Source of the DNA: Schizochytrium sp. TIO01
Taxonomy: Eukaryota > Protista > Bigyra: Labyrinthulomycetes
Reading direction: 5' to 3'
NCBI GenBank assembly: GCA_004764695.1
Contig: SMSO01000031.1
Coordinates: 3,572,436-3,636,435, forward strand
DNA length: 64,000 bases
In this document: piece by piece, positions 1 through 10,341 of the stretch
Layout: the number at the start of each line of letters is the position of its first letter
How positions within the stretch are numbered: position 1 is the first letter of the stretch
Program-made: the position numbers and the translations under genes
The notes under the pieces: model-generated
Seen by the model: only the letters and a program-made list of their open reading frames with translations
Databases searched by the model: none
What the model was told of the DNA's origin: nothing

Positions 1-222
1 GTCTGCCCCGGTCCACGCACCCGAGTCTCGCTCGCATCGTCGTCCCCTTCGTCGAGACCGTCGCCGCTGCGGCATGCATGCCTCCTCCTCGTGCAGCCAC
101 AGCCGGCCAGCCGGCCAGCCAGACATGCCGCGGCAGTCCGTCACTCACTCACTCACTCACTCTCTCACTCTCTCAGCCGCTCTTCGCTCTCCGCTGCTTC
201 GCCTTCGCAGTGCTTGCAATCT

Positions 223-310
223 CTCGAGTTCTTCGCCAACGAGTTCTTCGCCATCTCGAGTTCTTCGCCAGCTCGAGTTCCCAGTTCTTGCAGTTCTTGC
301 AGCTCGAGCT
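223..310. repeat. Degenerate short tandem repeat (GAGTTCTTCGCCA x3, then CAGTTCTTG x2)
   Basis: Read directly from the sequence; it produces several spurious overlapping low-complexity ORFs. Confidence 0.7.
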
Positions 311-502
311 CGCTGCAGCTAGCTAGCTCCAAGACCAGGCAGAGCTGGAGCAGAGAAGGCCTGCCTGCCTGGTCTGAGGCAGCAGCCCTGAGAGCAGGCG
401 GCGGCAGCAGAGGTGCCTGCTGCCTGCCTCTGGCGACGGTACGCAGGTAGTTCGCGACGGATGGATGGATGGATGGATTGACTGCGCTGTTACATTCGTT
501 GC

Positions 503-584
503 ATCGATTGATCGAATGATCGAATGATCGAATGATCGATTCAACGATCGATTTGAACGATTGAACGATTGAACGATTTGATCG
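503..584. repeat. Two adjacent octamer arrays, (GATCGAAT)n then (TTGAACGA)n
   Basis: About 3-4 copies of each unit are visible directly. Confidence 0.8.
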
Positions 585-748
585 CACGGTTTACGGCGGC
601 TCCTCGAAACCGGGGCCCCTGGAAGGCTGGAGGGGCGGGTGGCTCGAGCGTGGTGGGCGAGGCGAGGTGAGGCGAGCGAGCCCGCTCTGCCGGCCTGCTT
701 GCGGGATGGGCAGGAGCTCTGCAACGAAGATTGAGTTGAAGATAGAGT

Positions 749-846
749 GTATGTATATATGTATGTATATGTATGTATATGTATGTATATGTATGTATAT
801 GTATGTATATGTATGTATATGTATGTATATGTATGTATATGTATGT
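749..846. repeat. Decamer satellite (GTATGTATAT)n
   Basis: Eight perfect units at 761-840 plus partial flanking units. Confidence 0.95.
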
Positions 847-979
847 GTGTGACTTAGTTATTTATATACTTTGCAAAGGTGAGGTAAAACTAAAATGTGT
901 CAAGTAAATCAATCTCGGCGCAGGTAGGTAGGGCCTTCCTAAGCAAATGACTAGCAGTGAAAAAAAGGGTCGGGTTCTC

Positions 980-1043
980 TTTTTTTTTCCTTTTTTCCTT
1001 TTTTCCCCTTTTTTCCCTTTTTTCCCTTTTTTTTTTTTTTTTT
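980..1043. repeat. Polypyrimidine tract, (T6 C2-4)n followed by poly-T
   Basis: Seen directly. Confidence 0.85.
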
Positions 1044-3014
1044 AATTTTAAATTTTAAATTAAGTTTCGCTCTTTTCGGTTAAAAGAACAAAGTGTGACA
1101 AAAGGAGTTAGTTCGAGTTGATAATCGGATTAACGATCTACGATTTCTCTTGGTTCAAGTTCGCTTTCCTCCTTTGCGAAATCAATCGAAGATCGCAGTC
1201 GTTCCATCGAACCGGTCCGCCGACCAAGTCGACCTCCCTTTTCCCCACGCCTTACGAGACCCGGCAGCGACCATGTCGATGCGCCGACTGAGCTGTGCGC
1301 GTGTCGAAGAATGCGTTTTGCAGAAGATCTTGAAGAAAGTATTTCCACATATGACAATGATGGCAAAGTAATCAATGGGAAAAGCTGAAAGGTAAATTTA
1401 TTTTAGGCATTTTAATTTTAATTTAATTAAAAAAATTAAAAATAAAAAAACTATCAAAAAAACTATCAAAAAAAAGAAGTTAGAGATACAATGAGAGTTG
1501 AGTCAACTTATTGATGCGAATGAAGAACTGACGTCCTCGCAGAACCAAGCTCAGCAGTACGAGTTGATCAACGCCATCGTCGAGGACGTCACGGCGAAGA
1601 AGCCCAGAGAAGCCGACCTGCTCGCCTGCAGGAGGTCGAGGGCGAAAGTGATTGAGGTCACAGGCACCAGGTCTGGCTGCCTGGGTGGGTAAACTTGGAG
1701 CTAGCTCGAAGAACCATGCATGCTTCGAGGCTGCGAAGGACGCGAGGACTCTGAGGACCTCGAGACCTGCTCCGGAAGGAGGGCTGCGCAAGCGGCAGCC
1801 TTCGCGACTTGAAGAACCTGGGCGACGTCTCACGCCTGCCTGCCGTGCAAACTGATCTGCTCATCAGCCGTGAACGAACGAACAACGCTGCTGGTTCTCA
1901 AGGGATGGATGGATGGATGGATGGATACCTAGGTACGCGTGGATGCCGTCGATGCCGTCGGTGTACGTGTAAAGGCCCAAGAAGAACGGCCTCGGCCTCG
2001 CTCGAACCGGGCGGCTGCTCGTGGTTTGGGCTAGCGAGGCAGTCGTTTGTTGGCAAGAGACGACGAAGGCCACAGTCTCAGTCTTCGACTGCAGAGCGTG
2101 AATCAAGCCCATTCATTCTCCGTCGATTGGAATGGAAAGCGGTACCTTCATTCCTGCTCGCGTCGCAGGACTTTGGAGACGAAGAAGATGTTGCAGCAGC
2201 TGTTTAGCACGCACGATACGCTGCGGCAGTTGGCGAAAGAAACTCCAACTTGAAGCGAACCGCTCAAGCTTTAAGGTTTAAGCGGCGTGCCGCTGAAGGT
2301 TCGTGCACAGGCACGAGCTGACTCGAGCGGGAGATAGCTGGAGAGGTACCAGAGGTTCGTACGCACGTGCTGAAGAGGCACTGAATGAACACGTGCAATT
2401 GGAGAGATAGGTACACACTGACCGAGTGAAGAGCAGAGAATTAAGGAAATGGATGGCATAAGCACGCGCGGCCTAATGAAAGACTGACTTGGGCGAATTA
2501 CCCACAGTAGTAGAAGGAAGGGTCATCCTCTGAGGTTCTCTTGAGGAAAGAGTTGAAGGAGCTGAAAGAGTTGAAGGCATTCTAGATAGATATATTTCTA
2601 TAGAGCAGCGCTGAGTTTTTTAGGTGTCACAGAGTTGTTTTGGTTTTGCTTTGATGGTGCCTGAGTTGAAGAGCACAGCTCGTGAACGGACAGGACCTGC
2701 GAAGCACTGAGGGAGCGAAGCAATGGCGGATGAGCGAATGAAGCAGCTCAGCAGCGACAGCGTCGAGGCACGAGAGATCGGGCGTGCATGCCTGCCTGCC
2801 TACCTGCTGGGTTGAAGCAAGCAAGAGAAGCAAGCAACCTAGGATCTCACTCGTGACAACAAGGAGCATATCACGGCGCGTGATAGTTGCCACTTTGCTT
2901 TGAGTTCATCAAGCGTAAGCAACGCCAGATGGGGTCAAGATAAACGCGAACCTAGGAGAAGTCGAGACGAAGATGTCTGCATAAGTTGAAGGTTGATTGG
3001 TTAGGTATGAAAAA

Positions 3015-3027
3015 GAAGAAGAAGAAG

Positions 3028-3057
<30 letters not shown>
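3015..3057. repeat. (GAA)14 microsatellite just downstream of the stop codon of the 2125-aa gene
   Basis: Seen directly. Confidence 0.95.
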
Positions 3058-3058
<1 letters not shown>

Positions 3059-3084
3059 GGACGAAGGAATTGGACAATGGGCTT

Positions 3085-6000
3085 TTAAGTGAGAGCCAAG
3101 TCTGAGTCTGGCTTAATGCAAGGACGATCTGGGATTGGTGGTGGAGGTGGGGGTACGCCTGGGCGAGCAGGACTTGCTGCTGCAGGCTGCGGCGAAGTTC
3201 GAGGAGCTCTTGCCTGGTGGGGGTGAGGAGTACTCATCTCGAATGATAGATAATTTGGTAGGTTAGCACCACCTCGTAGAGGAGGCTCTGGTGCGTGAAG
3301 AGAGTCTTCCGAGGGTGCAGCAAAGCTTACCGGTATGGCTTCTTGAGTACCTTCCTCTTCAAACTCGTTGAAGTGTAGAACACAAGTACGTTGTCTACTC
3401 TCATCCAGAGGTGTAGATGTCTCTACAGCGTATTGCGAAGATAGTTCTTGCCATTTTAAAGCTTCGCCATCTGGGTAAAGATCAGCACCTTCACAGTCGC
3501 CTGCCAAAGGTGCCTGCTTATTTGATTCGAATGCGCTGTCTCCGCCATTAGAAGGAGACTCTGTGCATTTGCCGCTGAAGGAGCTGTATGATGATGATTT
3601 CTCCATGATGTGGTTGCGCACCTTCGTAAAACACTTCAATAAGATGCATAGGGCAAAGAAGACAAGCATCCCGCCAAAGAGAACCCATAACCCAGCTTGA
3701 GCCGCGAGAGGGTGGTCGATGTCTCCACCTTTGGTCCAGAGAATGATCGTCAGGAAGAAATAGAGACCAACGTATGATGCACTTGCAGCAAAGTTGTCAA
3801 TAGTGTCATGATAAGGATTTAAAAGCAACTGTATTATTGTGCCAATAAAAGTAACCAGGTTTAGAAAGGCAAGTTGGCCCACCGTGCCATCCATGACTAA
3901 AAGAGCTACGGATGTTTGCAGATATTTGCGAACCATATCGAAGACCTGAAAGTACTGACGCACAACAGGAGTGAAGCGACAAAAATCTTGTCGCAGACGT
4001 TCTGGATCGCTGTACTGCTGATACAAGCCCTCGGCGCCTCTGACGCGAAAGCTTATCAAAACTGTAAAGACGAAAACAGGCCCCATGCTAAACAAAATTG
4101 CCGCAAACACAGCATAGTACCACCACCACCCTAAATCTTCAACATTTGTCGAGGGATCGAAACGCAGAAACCTAGTTGTGTTGTCACCTGGAAGATCCTG
4201 GTATACAAATGTCTGGACTATCGTCAAATTTGTTTGTGGATACAAGAATACAATAACGGAATATGTTATAGTCCATGACCTTGCTCTGAGTTTTGAGCTA
4301 AACTCTGATGAACCGACACGAAGTTTTCTAAAACGAATAAACAGCTGAGAGTAAATAAGGTAGTAAACCCAAGGCAATACTAGCGCAACAATGAAAGTCA
4401 AGGTAGAAAATAAAACTCGAATTGCCTGATCCTCCTGGATAAAGCAACCGAAATAACTTGATGCACGCGTTGTATCGAAGTTTATTAACGCAATAACCTT
4501 ATTGAAGCCATCCCATTCCCCAAGCCAAACATAGCTTCGTCCAAAAATTCGTTGAAAAGCATAAGCCACCTGAAAGTATCCTATAGCAATAAAAATTGTA
4601 GAGGTACACCTTTCCCGAGCATCCTCTCTAAAAATACCAAATAACCAACATTTTGAAAGGCAACTAGGAACCTTAGATTTGCAACCAGAGGAACGAGGAG
4701 AATCTCTTTTTGTGTACTGCCAGGTGTCATAGGAAAACAGACCTATAATGATCAAAGTATATAAAACGCTTGAACCAACGACTATAACATAAAATGCAAT
4801 TCTTCCTTCCGTGCTTCTTTCATCTGTGCAAATTTCACAAACTTGACTGGAGTTTAGAGAATAGCCATCCTCACATACAGAACAATAGGGTCCAAGGTGA
4901 CCTTCGGCGCAGTACATAGGATCTGTCCATACATCCAACGCCCTTCTAGACCCTGAGCTTGTCATTCCGGAATGACCATCACCGCCAATACAGCGAGCCG
5001 CGACTTCGCACTCGACTAGCTCCTCGGAATCGAGCTTCGCGCGCCACCACCCCGGTTGCAGGATAATATCTTCAATGGTGTGACCGGCTTGGCTACATAC
5101 CATTTCAGTCTCAATGCAAGGTTTCACAGCGACCTCACCATTATCTGACTCAATTAAATAGTATCCCTCAGGAGCAAAGCAATCGTTCGCGCTCGTTGCT
5201 CTATCTCTCGTTGTCAAGAGTTCGTTTGGGCACTGGACACATCCTATTTTGGGATTTTCCACATAGAATCCTCGTGGACAGAATTCACATAGATATGAGC
5301 CATCCGCAGCTGCAGGAACAAGCTGAGCTCCAGGTTCACAAATCGTAGAAGCAGAACTCATGGCATCACTGTCAGTTGTATAGAGTGAAGCGACAGATGC
5401 GCGTACACGGAAAAATGTTGATGTGTTGCCCTGAAGTCCAATGGAGGCAGTGCGAGCCTCTGGGTCCCTGACCCACACGCATGGAGCAACAACATTCTGC
5501 GCGTCTTCTGATTCAACACAGCTGGTCAAGCTTGGCACATTTACTATGTCACGCTGATTTGTGCTATATATAAGGAAAAGGTCGGGGATATCCCCTTCCC
5601 AAGTCCAAGAAAGATTTACATAGCCTTCAGCCTTAGGCCATTTTGAAGTTAGTGTGCTCTCCTGTAAAAAGGTTTTATTCGTAGCAGTGTACTGTGTGGA
5701 AGTAGCTATGACATTCCCAACTCTCCGTCTTCTACATCCGCCTTCTTCATAACCGTCAGTGCCTTCAACTGCTCCAGTACAACTACACGTAACACTTGGA
5801 GTGTCTGAAAAGGCAAAACATGTGCCAAGAGACGAGCAGGTCCCAGGACATCCTACAATCGAGGTATACGGAGCAAATGAAGTGCTCTTGCCCTGGTATG
5901 TTGATTCCGACAAGCGAAATCTGGATTCAGAGTAAACAAATCGTCCAGCCTTATCGGCAAAATATCCCGTGTTACCAACGCTGTCTGTATAAGCGGACTC

Positions 6001-9000
6001 TTCTTGAACCTTGGGGAGTGGATTTGTTGCACGGAAATCGCATCTATGAATGTGAGAAACAACTCCAGCAGCAAGATAAATACTACCTCCTACTCCTTTA
6101 GTACAACCTTTTGATGCGTCTGCTAATCCAGTATCTGTGAGTTGACATTCTGCAGTTTGATATGAACTTCCGTTGTAGTTCATGCGAAATGCTCCACATG
6201 TTGAGCGCGTTGACCACTCCACCTGCAAATTACAGACTGTTTGCTCTCGGCAAGTAAAGCTAGCGGAGTTTTCAGTAAAATTCGAGTTTTGGGCATTAAG
6301 AATAGTGCCCAGGTCTGCAAATAAAGCTCCACCTTGCTGATCTGCTACATTATTTGTAAATTCTGAGCCATCGATATCTAGACGAGCCCCATCAGTAAGA
6401 GCAATTGCACCTCCTGTAGTAATAGCAGTATTTGATGAAAAGCTAGCATTCCATAAATCCATAACAAGGCCTCCACTCAGGAGAATTGCACCTCCCAATG
6501 TAAGTGATGCTTCATTTAAAGAAATAACTCCACCATTAACACGGAAGGCTGAGACAGACGATGCATCCTCAATGTAGATTCCGCCGCCTTTGTTTGCTTT
6601 ATTTCTTGAAATGATAAGGTTGCCAAAACAGGCCTCAAATTCAGAACACAAGCTAAAAGTTAGCGAGGGTAAGGCACCAACTATATAGATTGCCCCGCCA
6701 GCTACAAGAGCAGAGTTACCTGTAATTTGACCACCACGCCAAACTTCTGGAAGACGAGAGTTTGCTTCAAAGGCAATTGCTCCACCAGCGAGATTAGCAG
6801 TGTTGTTAATGAAGTTGACATTCTCAAGCACTCGGACTTGACCACCTGACGCAATATTAACCGCTCCTCCTGCAGAGTTACAGGAGTTACTAATAAATGT
6901 GGTATCTATAATTCGATCAATATATCCGGGCACATATAATGCTCCAGCATCTCCTGCTCGAATATCGTTTTGGCTATTTGAGTCGAAAGTGCAAGAGCGA
7001 ATGGTTCCAATTTGACCTCGGCCAGTTAAGGAAATAGCGCCTCCCGTTGTAGATGACATTTTGAGAAACGTCGTTTCGACTATATCATCAATACGACCGT
7101 CTACAGTAAGCGCTCCACCATATCTTTGACCAAGATCGCCGCCAGCTTTGGAATTCTCAAAGAGACAGTTTTTGATACGCCCAAGCGTTCCCTGTACATA
7201 AATAAGTCCACCAAACCGGCTATCCCCCTTAAATATACTTGCTTTCCGATAGAACATCATGTTCTCAAGGCGCCATAAAAGTCCACCCCGATGGACATGG
7301 ATAAATTCACCACCTCGAACCTGTACTTGCTCCCCAGATGAAGTAGCTCCAATCAATGAGATGTTTCTTCCTTCTTCAATAACAAGTTCATATGTTAGGT
7401 CGATTGAATCAGTTGTGAGAAGAATTTCACCTTGAACAAATGTAGAATCGTCAAGAATATCAGCTAGCTCTTCATATGAATTAGCTTTGCGAGATTGGAA
7501 TGAAATTAACTCCGATTCTTCTGCATTTTCGTTTGAGCTACTATTCGATGAATTTGACCAAGCTGTGAGATTGATTGGGAGAACTGCGTCTACACTATCA
7601 TTGGCTTGATCACTGAAAGATACAAATACGTACACCTCCTTCGCATGCAGCTTGATACCATGGTAACCTCCTTTTGTGCAGACCCTGCGGGTCAGCCCCC
7701 CAAGGTCATTCACATTCCGACTCTCGCCAATTCCAAAATCCCCTGATGCAATGGAATTGGCCTCTCGAAAGCCAATAAAATTGAATGGGCAGCTACCCAG
7801 GTACTCTTCGAATAGTTCCATATTCTCAGTCATGTTCATGTCTATGTTGATGATAGGATCTGGGGAATCGGACGTGATTTTCACACATTGAGTGATTGCT
7901 GAAGCCATAGTTGTGAGGTAGTCCACAACATTCGCCTGCGATCCATTTGTAGGCAGCGTTAATTCGAAGCACGAAACAGCCAAAGTCGACTCTTGGTATG
8001 GAATATCCTCAACTTTATATTGGTCACTAAGAGTATAATCAAAAAGCTTTCTGCTCGTTGTACTAGCAACGCGGTATGAGCCTGTAGAAGATGAATGAAG
8101 ATCTTTGAAAACCATCGCTGCGAGAATCTCGCCATTTTGATTAGTCGTAAATCTATGCTCAAAAAGTTGCTCAGATGGATTCACTTCATCATCGAGGAAA
8201 TAAGCCGAGCTCCATGTTTCACCATCATTCTTTGTAATTCGAAAAACCAGCCGGAAAAGTCTATTTGCATCGTTTTCTGTCCCAGGCACTTGCCAGCGAT
8301 AGAATACAGCCCAACGTTTTGCTTGTGAGGGGTCCGCGATGATGTACATCTCCTCATCAGATAGAATGTAAGGGAACGCGATGGGTTCAACAAATCCCAT
8401 TGCTTCAACTCGAAGCTTATCAGTAGCCCCAGGTGTCAAGCGTGCCCAGCGAATACCAAGACCCATGTGTTGCCAGATGAGCATCCAGGTATCACTTACT
8501 GGACTTGCGGCAAGCATACCGTCCGCATCCTTTTCCAGATTGTTTGTAACACGGATGCGATTTTCCCAGGAACACGCACGGTCAAATCCAGACTTTGATT
8601 CAGCGAACATTATCTCGGCATGCCCTCCTGAGATTGTTGCAGTGCTCGCGATTACGATACGCCCTGTGTTCGGGTTCCCAACGAGAACAGGATTGCGATC
8701 TTGAATCAGATCAGTTTCAGAGCCTGCATAGACAGGCATAATCTGCGTCAAGGCAGTTTCTGAGATAAAATCGTCAAGCAGCGCATACGGCGAAGAGTCA
8801 CTGCTGAGAGAGAATGAGGATGCAAGAATATCTTTATCATCTCCAAGATCCAAATCTGCAGAACTAACAGTTTCCCAAACAACAACTACAGTTCCATTCG
8901 CGTCTGCTGCGATATCCGGATATCGTTTGTATCCAGAGCCTTCAGAAATAGCAATCGCGTAACCTTCCTCATCTCCTCGCCAAAATTGTCTATTAAGAGA

Positions 9001-9462
9001 GCTAGATTTATTGATGTATGCGATTCTCACGCTCTCAAAAGTTGTGTCGAGAGCCCCACTGTAAATTTCAGCGGCAATATTTCGATAGGCAACCGCCCAA
9101 CCTTGGTCACCTAGCGCAACAAGCTGCGGTTGGGTTTGAATGCGATTCTTGCTACCCGAACTGTCTGATCTACTCACAAGAAGCGCAAACGCTTCATCAC
9201 TCCATGTCTTTGTTGAGCTATTACGAGTTCTATATTTGAGTTGTACGTAGTTCTTTTTGGAATTTGATACAACGGAGTATATAGCAAGACAATCGCTAGC
9301 AGCATCACACACAATAGCTGGACGTACTGATCCTGGAAAATAGAAGGCATCATCTGCACCGCACAACTCTTCTACTCCCCCCCACCCTCCAGCAGCAGCC
9401 AGCATCCGAGGCCATTGAAGAAAGAGCACAAGTGCACTAAGTACAGTGGATACAGCCTTCAT
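3085..9462 (-). CDS. Giant multidomain cell-surface membrane protein, paralog A (signal peptide, Asp-box propeller, CUB-like, Pmp-type beta-helix, EGF-like, FN3-like, Cys-rich, ~9-TM TRP/Pkd2-like module, Pro-rich tail)
   Basis: Uninterrupted 2125-aa ORF. Signal peptide MKAVSTVLSALVLFL; Asp-box TKNDGETWS; repeated GGA(I/L/V) with FxxN; FN3-like VNLSW...GLQGNTSTFFRVRA; CxxCPxG repeats; about 9 hydrophobic segments with FDMVRK and PY...DN motifs; tail PPPPPPIPDRP. CDS is certain, product is inferred from motifs. Confidence 0.9.
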   Translation of the reverse strand: MKAVSTVLSALVLFLQWPRMLAAAGGWGGVEELCGADDAFYFPGSVRPAIVCDAASDCLAIYSVVSNSKKNYVQLKYRTRNSSTKTWSDEAFALLVSRSDSSGSKNRIQTQPQLVALGDQGWAVAYRNIAAEIYSGALDTTFESVRIAYINKSSSLNRQFWRGDEEGYAIAISEGSGYKRYPDIAADANGTVVVVWETVSSADLDLGDDKDILASSFSLSSDSSPYALLDDFISETALTQIMPVYAGSETDLIQDRNPVLVGNPNTGRIVIASTATISGGHAEIMFAESKSGFDRACSWENRIRVTNNLEKDADGMLAASPVSDTWMLIWQHMGLGIRWARLTPGATDKLRVEAMGFVEPIAFPYILSDEEMYIIADPSQAKRWAVFYRWQVPGTENDANRLFRLVFRITKNDGETWSSAYFLDDEVNPSEQLFEHRFTTNQNGEILAAMVFKDLHSSSTGSYRVASTTSRKLFDYTLSDQYKVEDIPYQESTLAVSCFELTLPTNGSQANVVDYLTTMASAITQCVKITSDSPDPIINIDMNMTENMELFEEYLGSCPFNFIGFREANSIASGDFGIGESRNVNDLGGLTRRVCTKGGYHGIKLHAKEVYVFVSFSDQANDSVDAVLPINLTAWSNSSNSSSNENAEESELISFQSRKANSYEELADILDDSTFVQGEILLTTDSIDLTYELVIEEGRNISLIGATSSGEQVQVRGGEFIHVHRGGLLWRLENMMFYRKASIFKGDSRFGGLIYVQGTLGRIKNCLFENSKAGGDLGQRYGGALTVDGRIDDIVETTFLKMSSTTGGAISLTGRGQIGTIRSCTFDSNSQNDIRAGDAGALYVPGYIDRIIDTTFISNSCNSAGGAVNIASGGQVRVLENVNFINNTANLAGGAIAFEANSRLPEVWRGGQITGNSALVAGGAIYIVGALPSLTFSLCSEFEACFGNLIISRNKANKGGGIYIEDASSVSAFRVNGGVISLNEASLTLGGAILLSGGLVMDLWNASFSSNTAITTGGAIALTDGARLDIDGSEFTNNVADQQGGALFADLGTILNAQNSNFTENSASFTCREQTVCNLQVEWSTRSTCGAFRMNYNGSSYQTAECQLTDTGLADASKGCTKGVGGSIYLAAGVVSHIHRCDFRATNPLPKVQEESAYTDSVGNTGYFADKAGRFVYSESRFRLSESTYQGKSTSFAPYTSIVGCPGTCSSLGTCFAFSDTPSVTCSCTGAVEGTDGYEEGGCRRRRVGNVIATSTQYTATNKTFLQESTLTSKWPKAEGYVNLSWTWEGDIPDLFLIYSTNQRDIVNVPSLTSCVESEDAQNVVAPCVWVRDPEARTASIGLQGNTSTFFRVRASVASLYTTDSDAMSSASTICEPGAQLVPAAADGSYLCEFCPRGFYVENPKIGCVQCPNELLTTRDRATSANDCFAPEGYYLIESDNGEVAVKPCIETEMVCSQAGHTIEDIILQPGWWRAKLDSEELVECEVAARCIGGDGHSGMTSSGSRRALDVWTDPMYCAEGHLGPYCSVCEDGYSLNSSQVCEICTDERSTEGRIAFYVIVVGSSVLYTLIIIGLFSYDTWQYTKRDSPRSSGCKSKVPSCLSKCWLFGIFREDARERCTSTIFIAIGYFQVAYAFQRIFGRSYVWLGEWDGFNKVIALINFDTTRASSYFGCFIQEDQAIRVLFSTLTFIVALVLPWVYYLIYSQLFIRFRKLRVGSSEFSSKLRARSWTITYSVIVFLYPQTNLTIVQTFVYQDLPGDNTTRFLRFDPSTNVEDLGWWWYYAVFAAILFSMGPVFVFTVLISFRVRGAEGLYQQYSDPERLRQDFCRFTPVVRQYFQVFDMVRKYLQTSVALLVMDGTVGQLAFLNLVTFIGTIIQLLLNPYHDTIDNFAASASYVGLYFFLTIILWTKGGDIDHPLAAQAGLWVLFGGMLVFFALCILLKCFTKVRNHIMEKSSSYSSFSGKCTESPSNGGDSAFESNKQAPLAGDCEGADLYPDGEALKWQELSSQYAVETSTPLDESRQRTCVLHFNEFEEEGTQEAIPVSFAAPSEDSLHAPEPPLRGGANLPNYLSFEMSTPHPHQARAPRTSPQPAAASPARPGVPPPPPPIPDRPCIKPDSDLALT

Positions 9463-10309
9463 TACGGGTAATATATGAGGTAAGCGAGTACCTACCTACT
9501 TTGCTCTTGTTGCATGCCTGTTTTGAGCAGCAGCCAGCTCTCTGATTCGGGTTTGCTGGAATTTGGTTTGGCCTTCCTCTTAAACCTTGTTTCGTTTGTT
9601 TTCTGTAGTTAGACTCCTCAGTTCCTAGATACTGCTAATGCCCAGGAGCACCAGTCTTGTTTGTGTATCAGCTACCAAGAAACCTTTCAAAAGAAAACGA
9701 TACCTCTAGTAGAACAAAGTCATAGCTGATCCTACGCCGAAAGCTCGGACAATTTGTTTTTGTGCATGCGCTCCTTAAAGTTGACCGCGGACTAAGCAAT
9801 ACTATCCATTGCATCTTTCAGTTCGAGTAAAAACGTGCAAAGGACAGAGCGGCCCTGGTTCGTAAGAGTGCTTTAAGCGCTTAGTAAAGACTTTAAGGTG
9901 CGCTGGTGAACGAGAGAAAGCAAGCAAATGCTCTTCTCCTGGTTTTAGAGCAAAGCACAACCTGGGCCATTTTTCCGTTCATATCGCAAACAGTCTTTTG
10001 CAGCTTGCTGGTCTCTGGTCTCTGCACAAGCTCTGCGAGCGAAGGCTATGGCTGTGGCGTCCACTGCGTCGGCTAAGTTCCTGAACTTTAGTTTGCGCGG
10101 TTTGAGCTCCACCTCCGAGTCGTCGTTTTGAGCTACCTATGCAGGTACCATGCAAAAAGTTCCAAATGCGCAAGTGCTCTACAAAAAGTGAAGAAAGAAA
10201 AGAAATGAGAAAAGAAAAGAAAAGAAAAGAAAAGAAAAAGCACCCTATTGGAAAAAAGCACCCTATTACCAAGACGAAACAAGATAATGGGACAATGGGT
10301 TTAAAGAAG

Positions 10310-10341
<32 letters not shown>

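Noticed and set aside
74-852. Six short overlapping ORFs
   Set aside because: Their translations simply mirror the microsatellites (THSLTHS, SIHPSIHP, YVCICM); no domain evidence.
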